Origin: Eledone cirrhosa
Lineage: Eukaryota
NCBI GenBank assembly: GCA_964016885.1
Contig: OZ024748.1
Location: 62,001 to 126,000 of the forward strand
Reading direction: 5' to 3'
DNA: 64,000 nucleotides
This document shows, piece by piece, positions 62,321 through 64,000 of the stretch (within the stretch, counting starts at the first letter, position 1; every line of letters begins with the position of its first letter). The notes beneath the pieces are model-generated. The model was given only the letters and a program-made list of their open reading frames with translations. It ran no database searches and was not told the DNA's origin. The position numbers were made by a program, and so were the translations under genes.

Positions 62321-64000
62321 ATGTATGTATATGTATATATGTGTGTATGTATGTATATGTATATATGAGTGTATATGTGTATATGTATGTATATGTATGT
62401 GTATGTATGTGTATATATGTGTATATGTATGTGTTTGTATATATGTGTGTGTATGTATATATGTGTGTGTATGTATATATATGTATGTATGTGTATATGT
62501 ATGTATATGTATGTATGTGTATATGTATATATGTGTGTATGTATGTATATATGTATGTATGTGTATATATGTATGTATGTATATGTATATATACGTGTGT
62601 ATATGTATATATACTTATGTGTATATGCTTATGTATGTGTATGTATGTATATTTATATTATGTATATATATATATCTATGTATGTATATGTATGTATATG
62701 TGTATGTATGTGTATGTATGTATGTGTATATATGTATGTATGTATATATATATGTATGTATATGTATGTGTATGTATATGTATATGGAGGCACATGGCTT
62801 AGTGGTTCGAGCATTGGCCTGGCAATCGAAAGGTTGTGAGTTCAATTCTCAGACCGGGTGATGTGTTGTTTCCTTGAGCAAGACACTTTATTTCACATTG
62901 CTCCAGTTTACTCAGCTGTAGAAATGAGATGATAGGGACTGGGGTCCATATCATTCCACTGCAAAGTGGTCGTGGAGGTGCCACGGCAAAAAAGCACTCA
63001 GCACTTACTGTAAATGAGGTTGGTGTTAGGAAGGGCATCCAGCTGTAGAAATCAAGCCAGAATCAGTTCCCGTCCCACCCTTGCAAGCAGGGAAAAAGCG
63101 GACTTAAAACGAAATGATGATGATGATGATGATGATGATGTATGTATGTATGTGTATATGTATGTATGTATGTATATGTATGTATGTGTATGAGATGCAG
63201 TTTGGTTTTGTGCCGCTGAAAAGTGCAACAGATGCCCTCTTCTTAGTGAGACAACTACAAAAGAGGTTCTTAGAGAAAAATAAGCCACTATACTTAGCTT
63301 TGGACATAGAGAAGGCTTTTGATAGAGAACTCTTATAAATGACAACATATATATATGTGTGTGTATATATATGTTTTTTTTAAAACTATATATTTATTAC
63401 TCCCTTAAGCAGAAGAAATATATTCCCAGATATCGAAGATTACCACAATAACTAGGGAGCGGAAATCAATAGATGCTGGACATTGCTGCTGAGGGTAGGA
63501 TGACCTGATGAGCTGGCTCCTGTGGTGGATACCTAAACATAGTAAGAGCCAAGTGGGATGACTGAGGTTCACCTACATACATCAGATGTCTCTGGATCTC
63601 CAGCTGGAGATTAATGATCTCAGGAATGCCATGAAAAATCGTGACATCTAAAAAAGAAGAGTAGAATTGTTCTGGCCAATCCACCTGACCTAATAAACAA
63701 TAATAATATTAATATATATTGATGAAAATTAATTATGGTGAAATATCTTAGAAATCATTCTCAGAGGTTTTGTATTGTAATCCACACTTGCTCCTTGTGG
63801 CTTCTGATGCAGACATCATGTCCGCCATCAGGTCCTTCCCAGCTAGCAGCTGCGGAGATGTTGATGGTCTCTGACCAGGCCTCCTCAAGGAGTTGATATC
63901 TCCCCTCTCCGCTGAGGCCGGGCGCCGCCTTCTGAGTGCAATTGTGGCGCTCACCAATAGGCTCATCCATGGCGCCCTGGACTCTTATGCTCGAGGCCTC
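62260..64000 (+). repeat. Segmental duplicate of ~56125-58138 (RTE 5' end, microsatellite, SINE, RT piece, LINE tail, CRE start); runs off the right edge
   Basis: Paired ORFs at 56938/62799, 57191/63052 and 57884/63748; offset 5861-5864. Confidence 0.93.
62786..63140 (+). mobile_element. tRNA-derived SINE with RTE-type 3' tail
   Basis: Near-identical to 56925-57276. Confidence 0.92.

Overview
Eukaryotic, repeat-saturated DNA with no intact host protein-coding gene. The repeat content (RTE LINEs, tRNA-derived SINEs with RTE tails, TATG/TA microsatellites) suggests a mollusc, probably a cephalopod; this is an inference. Bases 1-33619 are a tandem array of about 9.2 nearly identical 3633-3641-bp units that runs off the left edge. 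Each unit is a mosaic of plus-strand RTE fragments (endonuclease, linker, PHD finger, partial RT, 3' tail), a small inverted-repeat element with a telomere-like core, and a ~1-kb largely TE-poor segment. On the minus strand that segment carries a chain of canonical splice signals (four short, apparently non-coding exons), so any such transcript would be antisense to the RTE pieces. A diverged, rearranged monomer lies at the right edge (33620-35480). The rest is decayed transposons: a near-full-length RTE with a PHD finger after the RT, further RTE copies, a CR1-type LINE, a CRE-type LINE with a restriction-like endonuclease, Tigger/pogo, Gypsy and Merlin fragments, SINEs, MITE-like inverted repeats, Penelope-type minimal hammerhead ribozymes, and a second segmental duplication with a ~5.86-kb offset. 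All calls were made by eye; no searches were run.
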